NCBI RefSeq assembly: GCF_006345805.1
Contig: NC_043005.1
Location: 45,074,001-45,138,000, forward strand
Source: Octopus sinensis
Taxonomy: Eukaryota
DNA length: 64,000 nucleotides
Direction: 5' to 3'
The notes under the pieces were generated by a model. The model ran no database searches. It saw only the letters and a program-made list of their open reading frames with translations, and was not told the origin of the DNA. Positions 10,630 to 24,370 of the stretch are shown in pieces; position 1 is the first letter of the stretch; every line of letters starts with the position of its first letter. The position numbers and the translations under genes are program-made.

Positions 10630-13600
10630 TTGCAACACTAACTTCAGGAAACCGACAAGCCACCTGGTCACCTACCGATCGGGCCGGCATACTAGCCAAA
10701 TCGACTACATCCTTGCCAGAAAAAGGGAAAGATGGCTGCTTATAAATGCCAAAACCTTCCCAGGTGAAGAATGCACCCCACAACATAGACTGGTAGTTAG
10801 TGACTTTAGGATCAGGACTAAGAGGGCGACTAGAAGACGACCAACATGGAGAAGAAGGGTCTGGAAGCTTAAAGACCCTGCAAATGGACAGAGATTTAGA
10901 GATATGTTATTTGAAGCCTTAGACGAAATGGAAGGGAGTATAGCTACGCATGGGGTAGAAGACAACTGGACGCTTCTGAGGGACAACCTGCTGAAAGCCG
11001 CTGACCAGATCTGTGGCTGGTGCAAAGTCCCCTTAAGACCCAAAATAACGTGGTGGTGGAACAATATTGTTGACAGGGCTATTAGACAAAGGAAACAGGC
11101 TTGGAAGGCCTGGAAGAACGGTGGTAGCAGGGAACTGTATCAGTCTGCCAGAAGGGAAGCCAGGAGACAGGTCTATCTAGCCAGAGGGGAGGCAGATAAG
11201 GAAAAATTTGCCAATGTCCTGCGTCGTGAGGATGAAAGACTTGAGGTATTTCGTGTTGCAAGACAGTGTGTGAGAGAGAATCGTGACGTGGTAGGAGAGA
11301 AATGTGTTCGCAAGGATGACGGTTCACTTGCGCTTAATGAGGATGCAAAGAGAGAGGCTTGGAGACGCCACTATGATAGGTTGCTGAATGAAGAAAATGA
11401 ATGGGATAAAGAGAGTCTGCCGAATGTCGACCCAACAGAGGGACCAGCAATCCGAGTTAACAGTTCCTAATAGATAAGGCAATTAGAAGCATGAAAACAG
11501 GGAAAGCCCCAGGCCCATCAGGAATTACTGCAGAGATGCTCAAAATATCTGGTGGTGTCGGCTATAGCTTAGTCACCCGTATAGTTAACCAGGTGATACA
11601 CGAGGGGGTCATACCCAATGACTGGTGTAGCAGCATAATAGTCAACTGCTACAAAGGTAAAGGCGACGCCCTAGAGACAAATAACTACAGAGGCATCAAG
11701 CTGCTGGATCAGGTAATGAAGGTTACGGAGAGGGTTATAGCCCAACTAATTAGAGAGAGAGTTAGCTTAGATGATATGCAGTTTGGGTTCGTGCCAGGGA
11801 AAAGTACTACTGATGCTATATTCCTGGTAAGACAGCTGCAGGAGAAATACCTAGCCAAAGATAAGCCCTTGTACCTGGCTTTTGTTGACTTGGAGAAAGC
11901 CTTTGACAGGGTCCCCCAATCCCTTATCTGGTGGTCAATGAGGAAACTAGGGATAGAAGAATGGTTGGTGAGAGCTGTGCAAGCCATGTACAGAGACGCT
12001 GCTAGTAAGGTGAGGTTGGCAACGAGTACAGTGAAGAATTCCGGGTAGAGGTTGGGGTCCACCAAGTTCAGTCCTCAGTCCCCTCCTATTTATCATAGTC
12101 CTCCAGGCAATAACGGAGGAATTCAAGACAGGTTGCCCCTGGGAGCTCCTCTATGCTGATGACCTTGCTCTAATTGCTGAGTCACTATCAGAACTGGAGA
12201 AGTTTCAGGTGTGGAAACAAGGATTAGAATCGAAGGGCCTTAGAATCAACCTAGCCAAAACCAAAGTCCTAATAAGTAGGAAGGTAGATCAATCACATAC
12301 GCCTTCAGGTAGATGGCCCTGCTCGATCTGTAAAAAAGGTGTAGGTAGAAACTCTATAAGATGCACCAAGTGTAAGCTATGGACACATAAGAGGTGCAGC
12401 AATGTCAAAGGAAGGCTAACTAGGAAAATAGTTTTTGTCTGTGGCAAATGCTCAGGAGCAATAAACACTGGAAATGTGCAGAGACCAACTTCTGCCACGT
12501 TCCAGGGAGACAAACTAGAAGTAGTTGATAGCTTCCGCTACCTAGGAGACCAAGTCAGTAGCGGGGGTGGGTGTGCTGAAAGTGTAACTGCTAGAGTAAG
12601 AATAGCCTGGGCAAAGTTTAGAGAGCTCTTACCCCTGCTGGTGACAAAAGGCCTCTCGCTCAGAGTAAAAGGCAGACTGTATGATGCATGTGTACGTACA
12701 GCCATGCTACATGGTAGTGAAACATGGGCCGTGACTGCTGAGGATATGCGTAAGCTCGCAAGAAATGAAGCCAGTATGCTCCGATGGATGTGTAATGTCA
12801 GTGTTCATAATCGTCAGAGTGTAAGTTCCTTGAGAGAAAAGTTGAACCTAAGAAGCGTCAGTTGTGGTGTGCAAGAGAGACGGCTGCGCTGGTATGGTCA
12901 TGTGACGAGAAAGGCTGAAGATAGTTGTGTGCAAAAGTGCTACACCCTAGCAGTTGAGGGAACCTGTGGAAGAGGTAGACCCAGGAAAACCTGGGACGAG
13001 TGGTGAAGCACGACCTTCGAACTTTAGGTCTCACTAAGGAAATGTCTAGAGACCGAGACCTATGGAAGTATGCTGTGCGTGAGAAGACCCGGCAAGACTA
13101 GTCAGGCCATAACCCGTGGCCCCTACCTGGGACATAGTCAGGTCCTCCTGTGCATACCTTCCTTCTTGTGACACTTATGAAGACCTGTTGAGGCAAGTGA
13201 AAATCAAATCAAAACAAATCAAAATAGATGAACATCAGTGGAATTGTATTCTTTGTGGTACCAGTGCCGGTGGCACACAAGAAAACCATCCAAACGTGGC
13301 CGTAGCCATACCGCCGACTCGACGGCCCCGTGCTGTGGGCACAACAAACACCATCTGATCATGGCCGTTCGCCAGCCTCATCTGGCACCTGTGTCGGTGG
13401 CACATAAAAACACCATCCGAAGACCCGGCGACGTAGTCAGTCCACCTGTGCATACCTTCCCTCTTATGACACTTGTGAAGACCTGTTGAGGCAAGTGTGT
13501 GACACTTGTGAAGACCTGTTGAGGCAAGTGTGTGACACTTGTGAAGACCTGTTGAGGCAAGTGAAAATCAAAATCAAATCAAATCAAAACAAATCAAAAT

Positions 13601-14112
13601 AGATGAACATCAATGGAATCTGTATCTTTGTGGTACCAGTGCCGGTGGCACACACCTTGTGGTACCAGTGCCGGTGGCACACAAGAAAATCATCCGAACG
13701 TGGCCGTAGCCAGTACCGCATAGACTGGCCTCCGTGCTTTGGGGACGTAACAAACACCATCCGATCGTGGCCGTCCGCCAGCCTCATCTGGCACCTGTGT
13801 CGGTAGCACATAAAAACACCATCCGAGCGTGGCCGTCTGCCAGCCTCGTCTGGGACCTGTGTCGGTGGCACATAAAAACACCATCCGAGCGTGGCCGTTC
13901 GCCAGCCTCGTCTGGCACCTGTGTCGGTGGCACATAAAATCACCCACTACACTCTCGGAGTGGTTGGCGTTAGGAAGGGCATCGATCTGTAGAAACACTG
14001 CCAGATCTGACTGCCTGGTGCAGCCTTCGGGCTCCCCAGACCCCAGTTGAACCGTCCAACCCATGCTGGCATGGAAAACGGACGCTAAATATGATGATGA
14101 GTATGATGATGA
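10630..14112 (+). mobile_element. 5'-truncated RTE-clade LINE (end of APE, RT, repeat-rich 3' UTR, (GAT)n tail), frameshifted
   Basis: APE end (SQIDYIL..QHRLVVSDF). RT motifs QFGFVPGKSTTDAIF, FVDLEKAFDRVP, GVHQGSVLSPLLF and LYADD (~12150), then FRYLG and the RGRPRKTW C-terminus. Small frameshifts near 11470, 12015, 12065, 12200 and 13000. Inserted between TA tracts. Confidence 0.95.
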
Positions 14113-14139
14113 TGAATATATATATAATATATATATATA

Positions 14140-14182
<43 letters not shown>

Positions 14183-15154
14183 GTTTATATATACATATAC
14201 ATATGTATATATATGCCTGTATGCATTTATACATGTATGTATGTATGTATACGTGTATGAAGAGAGATGGACAAACAATAATTGGTGTATGAAATATATT
14301 TACCAAAGTTGTTACACAATATAATCTTCATTAATGGAGAGCGATATAGAATACGGGTGGGGGAGGAATTATAACAAGGTAAGAAAGAAGGAAATAAAGA
14401 AACGATGGGCTATGAAAGCATAGGAGAAAGAAAGACATTGATGATGTGTAAAGAGCTATAAAGAAAGAAAAATAGTGAAAGAAAAGTAGAAAACAGGAAA
14501 AAAGGAAAAAAAGATGAAAGGACCAGTCAGTCAGTGTATGATATCCGACCTGTTACTAGGAAGGTTATAAAAGCAAATTATGTGAGAGGTAAGTGAAACT
14601 TGTCATAACAAAAAAAAGGCGATGCTTGGTGAAGAAGGCTCCTGACTGCAGTTAAAGAAAACGCAATCACTTTTTGATAACTTTGTTCCCCTTATTACCT
14701 TCTTATCTACTGCATCCTTCACCCCCACCTTATACTTTATATCACTCTTTCTAGCTGGTGTACTTCTTGTCATTTTGTGTTCCCTCTTTTGTTTGTCTAC
14801 ATCTTTCACGACAACCCCATTTTTACTCATTTTGCCACTTTTACTTCATCTAATTTTGCATTTGCCACTTACCCTTCTAAAGATGAGATACTGCATGAAG
14901 GTTCTTAAATATGATGGTTCATGTATATTGATATTATGCATCCTTATATACTTTTGTGCAATATCGCCTTATAACATTTACATCTAATTGCATTATATAA
15001 GTTATAATATCAACAATTCACAAGATACATTGAAACAACTATAAAGAAATGATTATATCATGTAATATTAAGTAACATGTCAATATATTCCATATACATA
15101 TCTATGATTATTTGTCCATTTCTATTGATATTTGCTCAAAGATTTCTCTTCTAG

Positions 15155-15245
15155 ATCTTTCATCTGCTTTTGGAGTACCTACTCTGATTAAGAAGTTGGA
15201 TTTTATCAACTAGAACTGCCCAAGCGCCCTCTTGGTGTCTATTGT
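15155..15245 (+). pseudogene. Candidate exon
   Basis: Acceptor tttctcttctag, donor GTAAGC, 91 nt. All three frames contain a stop; the best frames have one each (LSSAFGVPTLIKKLDFIN*NCPSALLVSI or IFHLLLEYLL*LRSWILSTRTAQAPSWCLL). Confidence 0.3.
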
Positions 15246-15441
15246 GTAAGCATCTTCATGCCCTCGAGGCATGGCTATGTGGTTAAGAAGCTCATTTTAC
15301 AACCATCTGATTTGAGTTTGAATTCTACTGCATAACATCATGGGCAAGTGTCTTCTACAATAATCCCAAGACAGTCAATGCCTTGTGACTGAATTTAGTA
15401 GATGGAAACACTATGTGGAAGCCTACTGTGTGTATATAATA

Positions 15442-16220
15442 CAGGGGTTGGACAAAATAATGGAAACCCCTTAAAATTTCAAATAAATTTATTTTGAAAT
15501 GGGGTAGGACCGCTTTTAGCAGCAATTACAGCTTGAATTCTATGAGATATGGATTTGTACAAGGTTTGGATTGTTTCCAAAGGAATTTTTGTCCATTCTT
15601 CAGCTAAAACAGTCTCTAGTTCTTGTAGTGGTGATGGTGGAGGACATCGACTTCTTACTTGTTTTTTTAAAATGCACCATAAATGTTCAATAATATTGAA
15701 ATCTGAGGACTGTGATGGCTAGATAAGATGTTCAACTTCACTAGAATGTTCCTCGTGCCATTCAGTAACAACTTTAGCTGTGTGAATTGGTGTATTATCA
15801 TTCTGAAAGATTGTGTTTCCTTCCAGAAACAGTTCTGCAACCATAGGATGAATTTGATCGGATAAAATGCTTAAATAGTCTTGACTATTAATTCTACCAT
15901 GAAGGGAAACCATCGGGCTGGTGGATTTCCAAGATATAGCCCCCACCCAGATCATCACTGATCCCTCTCTATGTTTAACAGTTGGAAGAAAGCAGTCTGG
16001 ATCAAATGCTTCTTTTCATTGTCTCCACGCATATATTCGGCCAGTGGTCGGAAATAAGGCAAAGGATGATTCATCTGAGAAAATAACATTCTTCCACTGC
16101 TTTAGGGACCAATTCTATAGGTTTTTACTCCACTCTAAATGCTTTGCAACGTTTGTTTTTGAAAGTAGTCATTTTCTGATTGCAGCTCTCCCATGAAATC
16201 CGGCTTTGTGCAGCTCCCAG
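15442..16220 (-). mobile_element. Tc1-family transposon 3' half (degenerate DD34E transposase plus TIR)
   Basis: TA followed by the TIR caggggttggacaaaataatggaaac. Translation ELHKAGFHGRAAIRK..WKNVIFSDESSF..GSVMIWVGAISW..IFQNDNTPIHTAKVV..EVEHLI. Confidence 0.9.
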
Positions 16221-16442
16221 GGAAACACAAGAAAAAAGCAACAACAATGAGAGGATGTGGTACATGCAAAGTATTAAAGATGCTCAGGGAAAGAAAGAAA
16301 GTGTGTTTTACATTTCAAGCAAAGCTCTTCTTCAGAAACAGGAGACAGAGGAAAGTCCAAGAGGACTAACAATCCACATACAGTTACATTTTGTAACATA
16401 TATGTGTGTGTGTGTGTGTGTGTGGTGTGTGTGTGTGGTGTG

Positions 16443-16475
<33 letters not shown>

Positions 16476-17071
16476 GAGAGCACTTTTACATTTGTGTTAT
16501 CTCCTCACCATAGCTTAGCAACCAGTTTTGATATGTTTCCCTCTTTGAAAATGAGTGATTCAACAAAAGAGACCAATAGAATAAGTACCAGACTTTAGAA
16601 ATGGAGCACTGGGTTGATTTCTTCAAATTTATAGATATATCTGAAACAAACTTTGAATTTAAGCAAAAGTTTTGGCTTCTGTTGAAATTTAATCAATACA
16701 CATGTGTGAGTAAATTATAAAGATGGAGAGGTAGGGAAAGAGAAAGGAAAGAAGGGTAAGTGAGAGAGAGAAGGAGAGTGAGATTGAGAGAGAGAGGGAG
16801 AGAGTGTGCATAAAATGAGGTCTAAGGGTTGTAACTACATTTTATAGTTTGTCAAAATAACGAAGCAAATTCATGCAAACTAAAAAGACTTATTAGCTCC
16901 ATTTAAAATGAGCTAATACTATGTTGTTCATCATCATCATCATGCACAACAACAGCAAGCAGTGCACACATTCAAGCAACAATTTTTCAATGAACACCAA
17001 CTTCACACACACACACATACACACACACACATACACACACATATGTGTGTGTGTATATATAATATATAAAG

Positions 17072-17115
<44 letters not shown>

Positions 17116-17352
17116 TCTATATGTATATTGTGTGTATTTGTGTGTGTGCGCGCATGTATGTATGTATGTATGCCACTCAGCAAAACAAGTGAAGGATATA
17201 TTGCATGTATATATATATATATATACAGCAAGATTGCTAATACAAGCAATCATTGATGCTTTATATTACTTGATGTGGTTAGCCGTAACCTGGAATATAC
17301 CTGAGAGCTGCTATGGTATCTGCCTGGATAATCTTATCCCTACACACTACAT

Positions 17353-17383
<31 letters not shown>

Positions 17384-17501
17384 AAAATCGAACAAACACA
17401 TGCGTTCTTAGGTGTAAGACAATCAGTAATTGCCATCTCTGAGATCACAGCCATAATGGATATATAATATTGCACACTTCAATTAATATACATATATATA
17501 C

Positions 17502-17535
<34 letters not shown>

Positions 17536-17543
17536 CACATGAT

Positions 17544-17645
<102 letters not shown>

Positions 17646-18054
17646 ATACATAATTTTAAGTTCCAAGGATCTAAGTATAGGAAGTTAGTAAGCTTCAAGC
17701 AGGCTGTGGTAGGTATAAAAATAGAACATTCAGGAACAATGATAATATATTGGTGAGGGTTGCAGGCTTTTCCCATATTGAAGTTCAATCCGCTGGAAAG
17801 AATTTTTTGTTTTTTATATAGTCCACAGCAAATTGAGTCACTATGAATGCAAAAAAATCCAAATTGAGGGAGTGGAATGTTCTAAATTGCATCTTAGGAT
17901 TCCTTAACAAGAATGTAACCTTCATATAATTAAGGTATCTTCACCCTGGTGAGTAACTAGCTGAGAACCCTGCATTGAGTAATTAGCTAGGAAACACATG
18001 TAGACTGAATTTTACCTGCTCCAGTCTATCAATTTGGATATATTGGATATACAT

Positions 18055-19105
18055 ATCATCATCATCATCTAGTGGCCACTCTCCATGCTAGCATGGGTTG
18101 GACGGTTTACCTGAAAACTGGTAAGATGGGGAGCTGCACCAGGTTCCGATCTGATTTGACAAGGTTTCTATGGCTGGAGGTTCTTCCTAATGCCAACCGC
18201 TCAGAGAGTGTAGTAGGTGTTTTTTACCTGACACTAGCATCAGTCATGACTATGGTCTCACTTGACTTGACAGGCTTACACAAGTATGGTATATCACCAA
18301 AGGTCTTGGTCACTTGCCACTACCTCGATGAAGCCCAATGCTCAAACAGTGCTTTTTACATGCTACCAGTACAGGTACCAGTTAGACAGCATTGACATCA
18401 GCCATGACTATAATATCACTTGGCTCGACAGGTCTTCCCAAGCACAGCATATAGCCCAATGTTTGAAGGGTGCTTGTCATGGGCCAGTTACACAACACTG
18501 GTATCGGCCATGACTACAATCTCATTTGGCTTGATGAGTCTTCTCAAGCAAGGCATACCAGTCACTTGTCATTGCCTCTGTGAGGCCCAACATTCGAAAA
18601 TTGTGCATCACCACCTCGTCCCATGTCCTCCTGGGTCAACCTCTTCCACAAGTTCCTTCCACCATTATAATGTGATACTTCTTCACACAGCTGTCCTCAT
18701 CCATATGCCTCACTTGACCATACTACTGCAGTCATTTCTCTTGCATACCACATCTGATGCTTCTTATGCCCAACTTTTATCTCAGGATGCTTATGCTCTG
18801 TTGTGCATGCACACTGACATTTCACATCCAGCAAAGCATACTACCTTCATTTCTTACAAGCCTACACATGTCCTCTGCAGTCGCAGCCCATGTTTCACTG
18901 CCATGTAACATGGCTGTTCACACACAGGCATTATACATCTGCCTTTCACTCTGAGTAAGAGGCTCTTTGTTACCAACAGAGGTAAGAGCTGTCTGAACTT
19001 TGCCCAGCCTATTCTTATTCTAGTAGCTACATTCTCAGAGCATCCACCCCTGCTACTGACTTGGTCACCTAGGTAATGGAAGCTATCAACTACTTCTAGT
19101 TTTCC
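18055..19105 (-). mobile_element. Older 5'-truncated RTE LINE copy
   Basis: The reverse complement matches the 12500-13000 region (gaagtagttgatagcttcc..ggcagatgtataatgcctgtg..catggcagtgaaacatggg) and the RTE tail at 18060-18240. Confidence 0.85.
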
Positions 19106-19111
19106 CCAAAA

Positions 19112-19196
<85 letters not shown>

Positions 19197-19226
19197 CACT
19201 CTCTCTCTCTCCCTCTCCCTCTCTCC

Positions 19227-19261
<35 letters not shown>

Positions 19262-19845
19262 CACACATACATATACATATAGATATATCATGTAATCTGG
19301 ATGACCATTGACTCTTTTGAGTTCATTTACTGTTTGATGGCTCTTGTTTTTCATCACTCAGGTTATCCAAAAACGATCTTACTCACCAAGCTGGCTTGGT
19401 GTTGCAGCTAGTTTAGTCACCAACCATCTGACTGTGCAACAGGTTGTACTGGGTTACATATACTACCAGAAGCACCGAAGAGTGACCTGACATTCTCGAG
19501 TGTGACAGATAGATATATATATATATAGAGAGAGAGAGAGCAAGAGAAAGACAGAGAGAGAGATACACATATTCACAAACTAACATGCATATATGAGTGA
19601 ACATATTTACAAATACACTTGTGTGTGTGGGGGGGTATGTATATACATGTGTATGTATTTATGTATGCATGTGTGTGTGCATTTTATATATGTGTATATA
19701 TATATATATGTGTATATATATATATATATATCATATGTATTAAATATATATATAATGTATGTATATAAATTCTTATATCTATTTGTATACATACATACAT
19801 ATACAAGATATATATGTATATATATATATATATATATAATATATA

Positions 19846-19892
<47 letters not shown>

Positions 19893-20749
19893 TTGTATGT
19901 ATATATATATATATATATAATATATATATTATATATGTGTGTGTGTGTGTATTGTATGTGTGTGTGTGTGTGTGTGTGTGTATACATGGTGTGCATGTGT
20001 ATACTTATTTGTTTGAAAGACATATATTTACACACTATTTATTGGTTATATTTTGTGATTATACCAATAGAAGGATAACATCATCTGAAATTGTAAAGAA
20101 AAGACACAAAAGAAAAAGCAAGGGAAGGAGGAAAGAAAAGAAGAAAAGAAGGTAAGACAAATGAATAAATCTACTGTTGTTAGAGACCATTCAGTGTATG
20201 ATTAAATCTCAATCCTGAGCAGATGGAGATGGTTGGCATGTTTGGGTATACCATAGGATATATCTTGTTGAATACAGCTACCACTTATAGGTAATATTGA
20301 TAAGCTACATGATAAGGAAGTTCTATTGATTTATTTTCCCTGTCTCTCTTTGTCTCTCTCTCTCTCTTTCTTCCCCTTCTCTCTCTCTCTCCCTCTCTCT
20401 CTCTCCCTCTCTCTCTCACTCTCTCTCTCTGAATGTCTGAATGTAGGAAAAAATACCCAAGCAACTGGCAGAAACTAATCTACTTTAATGACTGGCCAGA
20501 TTATGTATACATGTACACACACATATACACACATATATACACACAGGTGTGTGTACGTATATATCAGCATATATAAGTATATACATCTATGTATATATGT
20601 ATGCATATGTGTGCATGTGTGCATATATTGCATCTGTACATATATGAAGATATATGTATGTATACATATGTACAGATATATCTAAATATGTATGCATGTA
20701 TACATATATATACATACATATTATATATATATATATATATATATGTACA

Positions 20750-20785
<36 letters not shown>

Positions 20786-20828
20786 CATACATATGTACAT
20801 ATGTACATACTATATATACATACATATA

Positions 20829-20899
<71 letters not shown>

Positions 20900-20932
20900 C
20901 ATACATACATATACATATATCATATATATAAA

Positions 20933-20977
<45 letters not shown>

Positions 20978-21289
20978 GCACATACTTTTATACATGTGCA
21001 TGATGTGGATATATGTCTGTATGAATATGAGTATTATACTCTTCATAAACAAGCAAGATAATATTTTTCCCAGGATCTCCATAATTTGATAGATCTTTGC
21101 TGTGGTAGATCAAAGTGAATTCCCATGTTAGATATTACAAAACATTTTATACTTATGACATAAAGAAAATCAAATAAATACTGTCAAATCAATATCAAAG
21201 CCATTACTTTCTCTACTGGGCAATATAGGAGCAATGCTATCTTAATGTACAGTGCATTAAGGATGGTGGAAATGACTGAGGAAGATGAA

Positions 21290-21739
21290 CACTAGACAAA
21301 ATGCTTTGCAGTATTTAATTTCATCCTGTTCAGTTCACAGTTCAAATCCCTGCTGGGTCAATTTTGTCTTTCATATGCTTCCAGGTCTTAGAAAACAATT
21401 ACCTGTAAGGTACTGTAGTATGATGTTGAATCATTGAAAGAAACATTGGTGGTACACCAGGACCAGGTAAATGATATCATTATTATTATTATAGGTAAGG
21501 CAGCGATCTGGCAGAAACAGCATGCAGGGCAAAATGCTTACTGGTATTTTGTCTGTCTTTATGTTCTGAGTTCAAATTCCGCCATGGTCGACTTTCACTC
21601 TCATCCTTTTGGGGTCAAGAAATTAAGCACCAGTTGTGTACTGGGATCAATCTAATCAACTGGCTGCCACTTCCCTAAAATTTGTGGCCTTGTGCCTAGA
21701 GTAGAAAAGACTATTATTATCATTATCATTATTATTATT

Positions 21740-21771
<32 letters not shown>

Positions 21772-22450
21772 ATTATCATTATAATCATTATTATAGGTAA
21801 TAAGGTGACAAGCTTGCAGAATTGTTAGCACACCAGGCAAAAAGCTAAGTGGCATTTCATCTCTCTTTAGATTCTGAGTTCAAATTCCACTGAGGTCAAC
21901 TTTGCTTTTCATCCTTTCAGGATTTATGAGAATAAGTACCAGTTAAACACTGGGGTTGATGTAGTTGACTTAGGCCCCGCCTCCGAAATTGCTGGCCTTG
22001 TGCTAAAATTTGAAATCACTATTATGACAAAAATGAAGGTGATGAACTGGCAGGATTATTAGCACACTGTGCAAAATGCTGAGGTCAACTTTGAATTTCA
22101 TCCTTTCGGGGTGATAAAATAAGTACCAGTTAAATACTGGGGCCAGTGTAATTGACTTTCTTCTCCCCTAAAATTACTAGCCTTGTGCCAAAATTTGAAA
22201 TCATTACTATCATAGGTAATAAGGAAGCAAGCTGGCAGAATCTTTAGCATGCCAGGCAAAATGCTTAGTGACATTTCATCAGCTTTGTCCTTCTTAGTTC
22301 AAATTCCACTGAAGTCAGTTTTGCCTTTCATCTTTTCAAGGATTATAAAATAAATACCAGTAAAACACTGGGGGGGGGGGGGATGTAATCAGCTTAACAC
22401 CTTCCCTCGAAATTGCTGGCCTTGTGCCATAATTTGAAACCATTAACATA
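21290..22450 (+). repeat. Head-to-tail array of about 5 diverged SINE family B copies
   Basis: Repeated units gg...ctggcaga..ttagca...gagttcaaattcc..gtcaactttg..catcc..aataagtaccag..ctgggg..ccttgtgccaaaatttgaaa, separated by (TAT)n. Confidence 0.8.
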
Positions 22451-22451
22451 G

Positions 22452-22629
22452 GTGCAGGAGTGGCTGTGTGGTAAGTAGCTTGCTTACCAACTATATGGTT
22501 CTGGGTTCATTCCCACTGTGTGGCACCTTGGGCAAGTGTCTTCTACTATAGCCTCGGGCCAAACAAAGCATTGTAAGTTGATTTGGTAGACGGAAACTGA
22601 AAGAAACCCATCGTATATATGTGTGTATA

Positions 22630-22669
<40 letters not shown>

Positions 22670-22910
22670 CATATGTACATATATATACATATATATACAT
22701 ATATTTATGTATGTGTGTGTATATGTTTGTTTGTCTCTGTTTGTCCCCACAACATCACTTGTCAACCGATGCTGGTGTGTTTACGTCTCCGTAACTTAGT
22801 GGTTCGGCAAAAGAGACCGATAGAATAAGTACTAGGCCTACAAAGAATAAGTCCTGGGGTCGATTTGCTTGGCCACAGTCAAATGACTGACACAAGTAAA
22901 GAGAGATACG
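22452..22910 (+). mobile_element. SINE family A, near-consensus
   Basis: ggtgcaggagtggctgtgtggtaagtagcttgcttacc...gacacaagtaaagagag. Confidence 0.9.
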
Positions 22911-23647
22911 TAATATCTTTCTATTCATGCAATATCATTTCTCCTCTCCATCCATCCACCCACCCACACACACTCTCTCACACCCACACACGCCCACACA
23001 CATACACACACACACACACAACACACACACACACACACACGCACCCACATGTTCAGTAAATTTTTGGCCTTACAGTTAGGTAAGAAATCAATATCATCAT
23101 TGATAAATCAATGTTTGTTTTTCCTCCTTAGTGACAGATGAGCTCAGGAGATGATTTCATTAAGAAATCTATATAAACACTGTAGATAATGATAGCTCAC
23201 CTGTCAGTTTGCTACTTATTAAAATATTTTTGTTACTTCACTTTTATTACCGTTGATCCATAGAGAACCAGCAAAGACAAAATATAAACAGCAACAGTTA
23301 AGAATGAACTTGCTTTCTGCTAGAAGCATTCCTATATGTTGGTTTAGGACTTTATATACTCAGTTAAGCTTTCTTTATATATTTTGTTTTTGCTTGTTAC
23401 ACTCGGGCAGTTGAGATTTAATTATAATATTAACACATTGCTCCAGTTAATTATTACATAGAGTCAGCTTTTTCTGCTAACAGTAGGCACAGGTGTGATG
23501 GCTGTGTGGTAAGAAGCTTGCTCAATCACCTGGTTCGAGGTTGAATCCCATGGCATGGCACCTGAAGCAAATGTCTTCTACTAGCCTCAGGCTGGCCAAG
23601 GCCTTATGAGTAGATTTGGCAGACAGAAACTGAAAGAAATCAATTGT

Positions 23648-23678
<31 letters not shown>

Positions 23679-23762
23679 TGCACATGTATGTATATAATTA
23701 TTTCTTTTATTTGCTTCAGCCCAAAGGCTGGGACCATGCAGGAGCACTGCATAAATATATAT

Positions 23763-23813
<51 letters not shown>

Positions 23814-23827
23814 TATATTATATATAT

Positions 23828-23931
<104 letters not shown>

Positions 23932-23984
23932 TATGTATATGTATGTATATATATATATATTATATATATATATATATATATTTC

Positions 23985-24370
23985 CTTCCGGTCTTTCAAA
24001 ATGTGACCTCGTGTGTACCGTTGGCGATTTTTTTTCCTCTGTCTTCCCTTCTTTGGATCTTTCCTTCTCCTATGTTTCCGACGAAGAGCTCTGCTCGAAA
24101 CGTTAAACTCGCCTTCTTTCCTTCTTTCCTGAGCGTCCAATAATACTATATTTGTTCCACGTCCTTGCGTTGTTGTGTTTTTTTGTGCTTTCTTGTTTGG
24201 ATTAACTATATATGTATATATTGTTGTGTCTGAGGAGAGTCATTTTCTTCTTGTGCCTTATAATTTAACACACTCACCAGTGAGTGTGTTACATAATAAG
24301 GCACAAAAAGAAAATGACTCTCCCTAGACTCAACAGAATATGCTTTAACACATGAACTCACATAAAGAAT
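23985..24370 (+). mobile_element. Penelope-type terminal repeat fragment with hammerhead-like motif and palindrome
   Basis: tatgtttccgacgaagagctctgctcgaaacgttaaac at 24071-24108, followed by a palindrome at 24218-24340. Confidence 0.5.

Noticed and set aside
13465-13940. 33-bp and 59-bp direct repeats as a CRISPR array
   Set aside because: They are contiguous tandem units with no unique spacers, inside a eukaryotic LINE 3' UTR, with no cas genes.
15160-15240. Minus-strand peptide HQEGAWAVLVDKIQLL resembling dynein AAA1 GAW motifs
   Set aside because: Too short, there is no supporting dynein sequence elsewhere, and the splice signals favour the + strand.
22452-22530. tRNA genes at SINE heads (also 25877, 31584, 50440-50513)
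   Set aside because: Box A/B-like motifs are present, but they continue into SINE bodies and tails, some with TSDs, and I could not fold a full cloverleaf.
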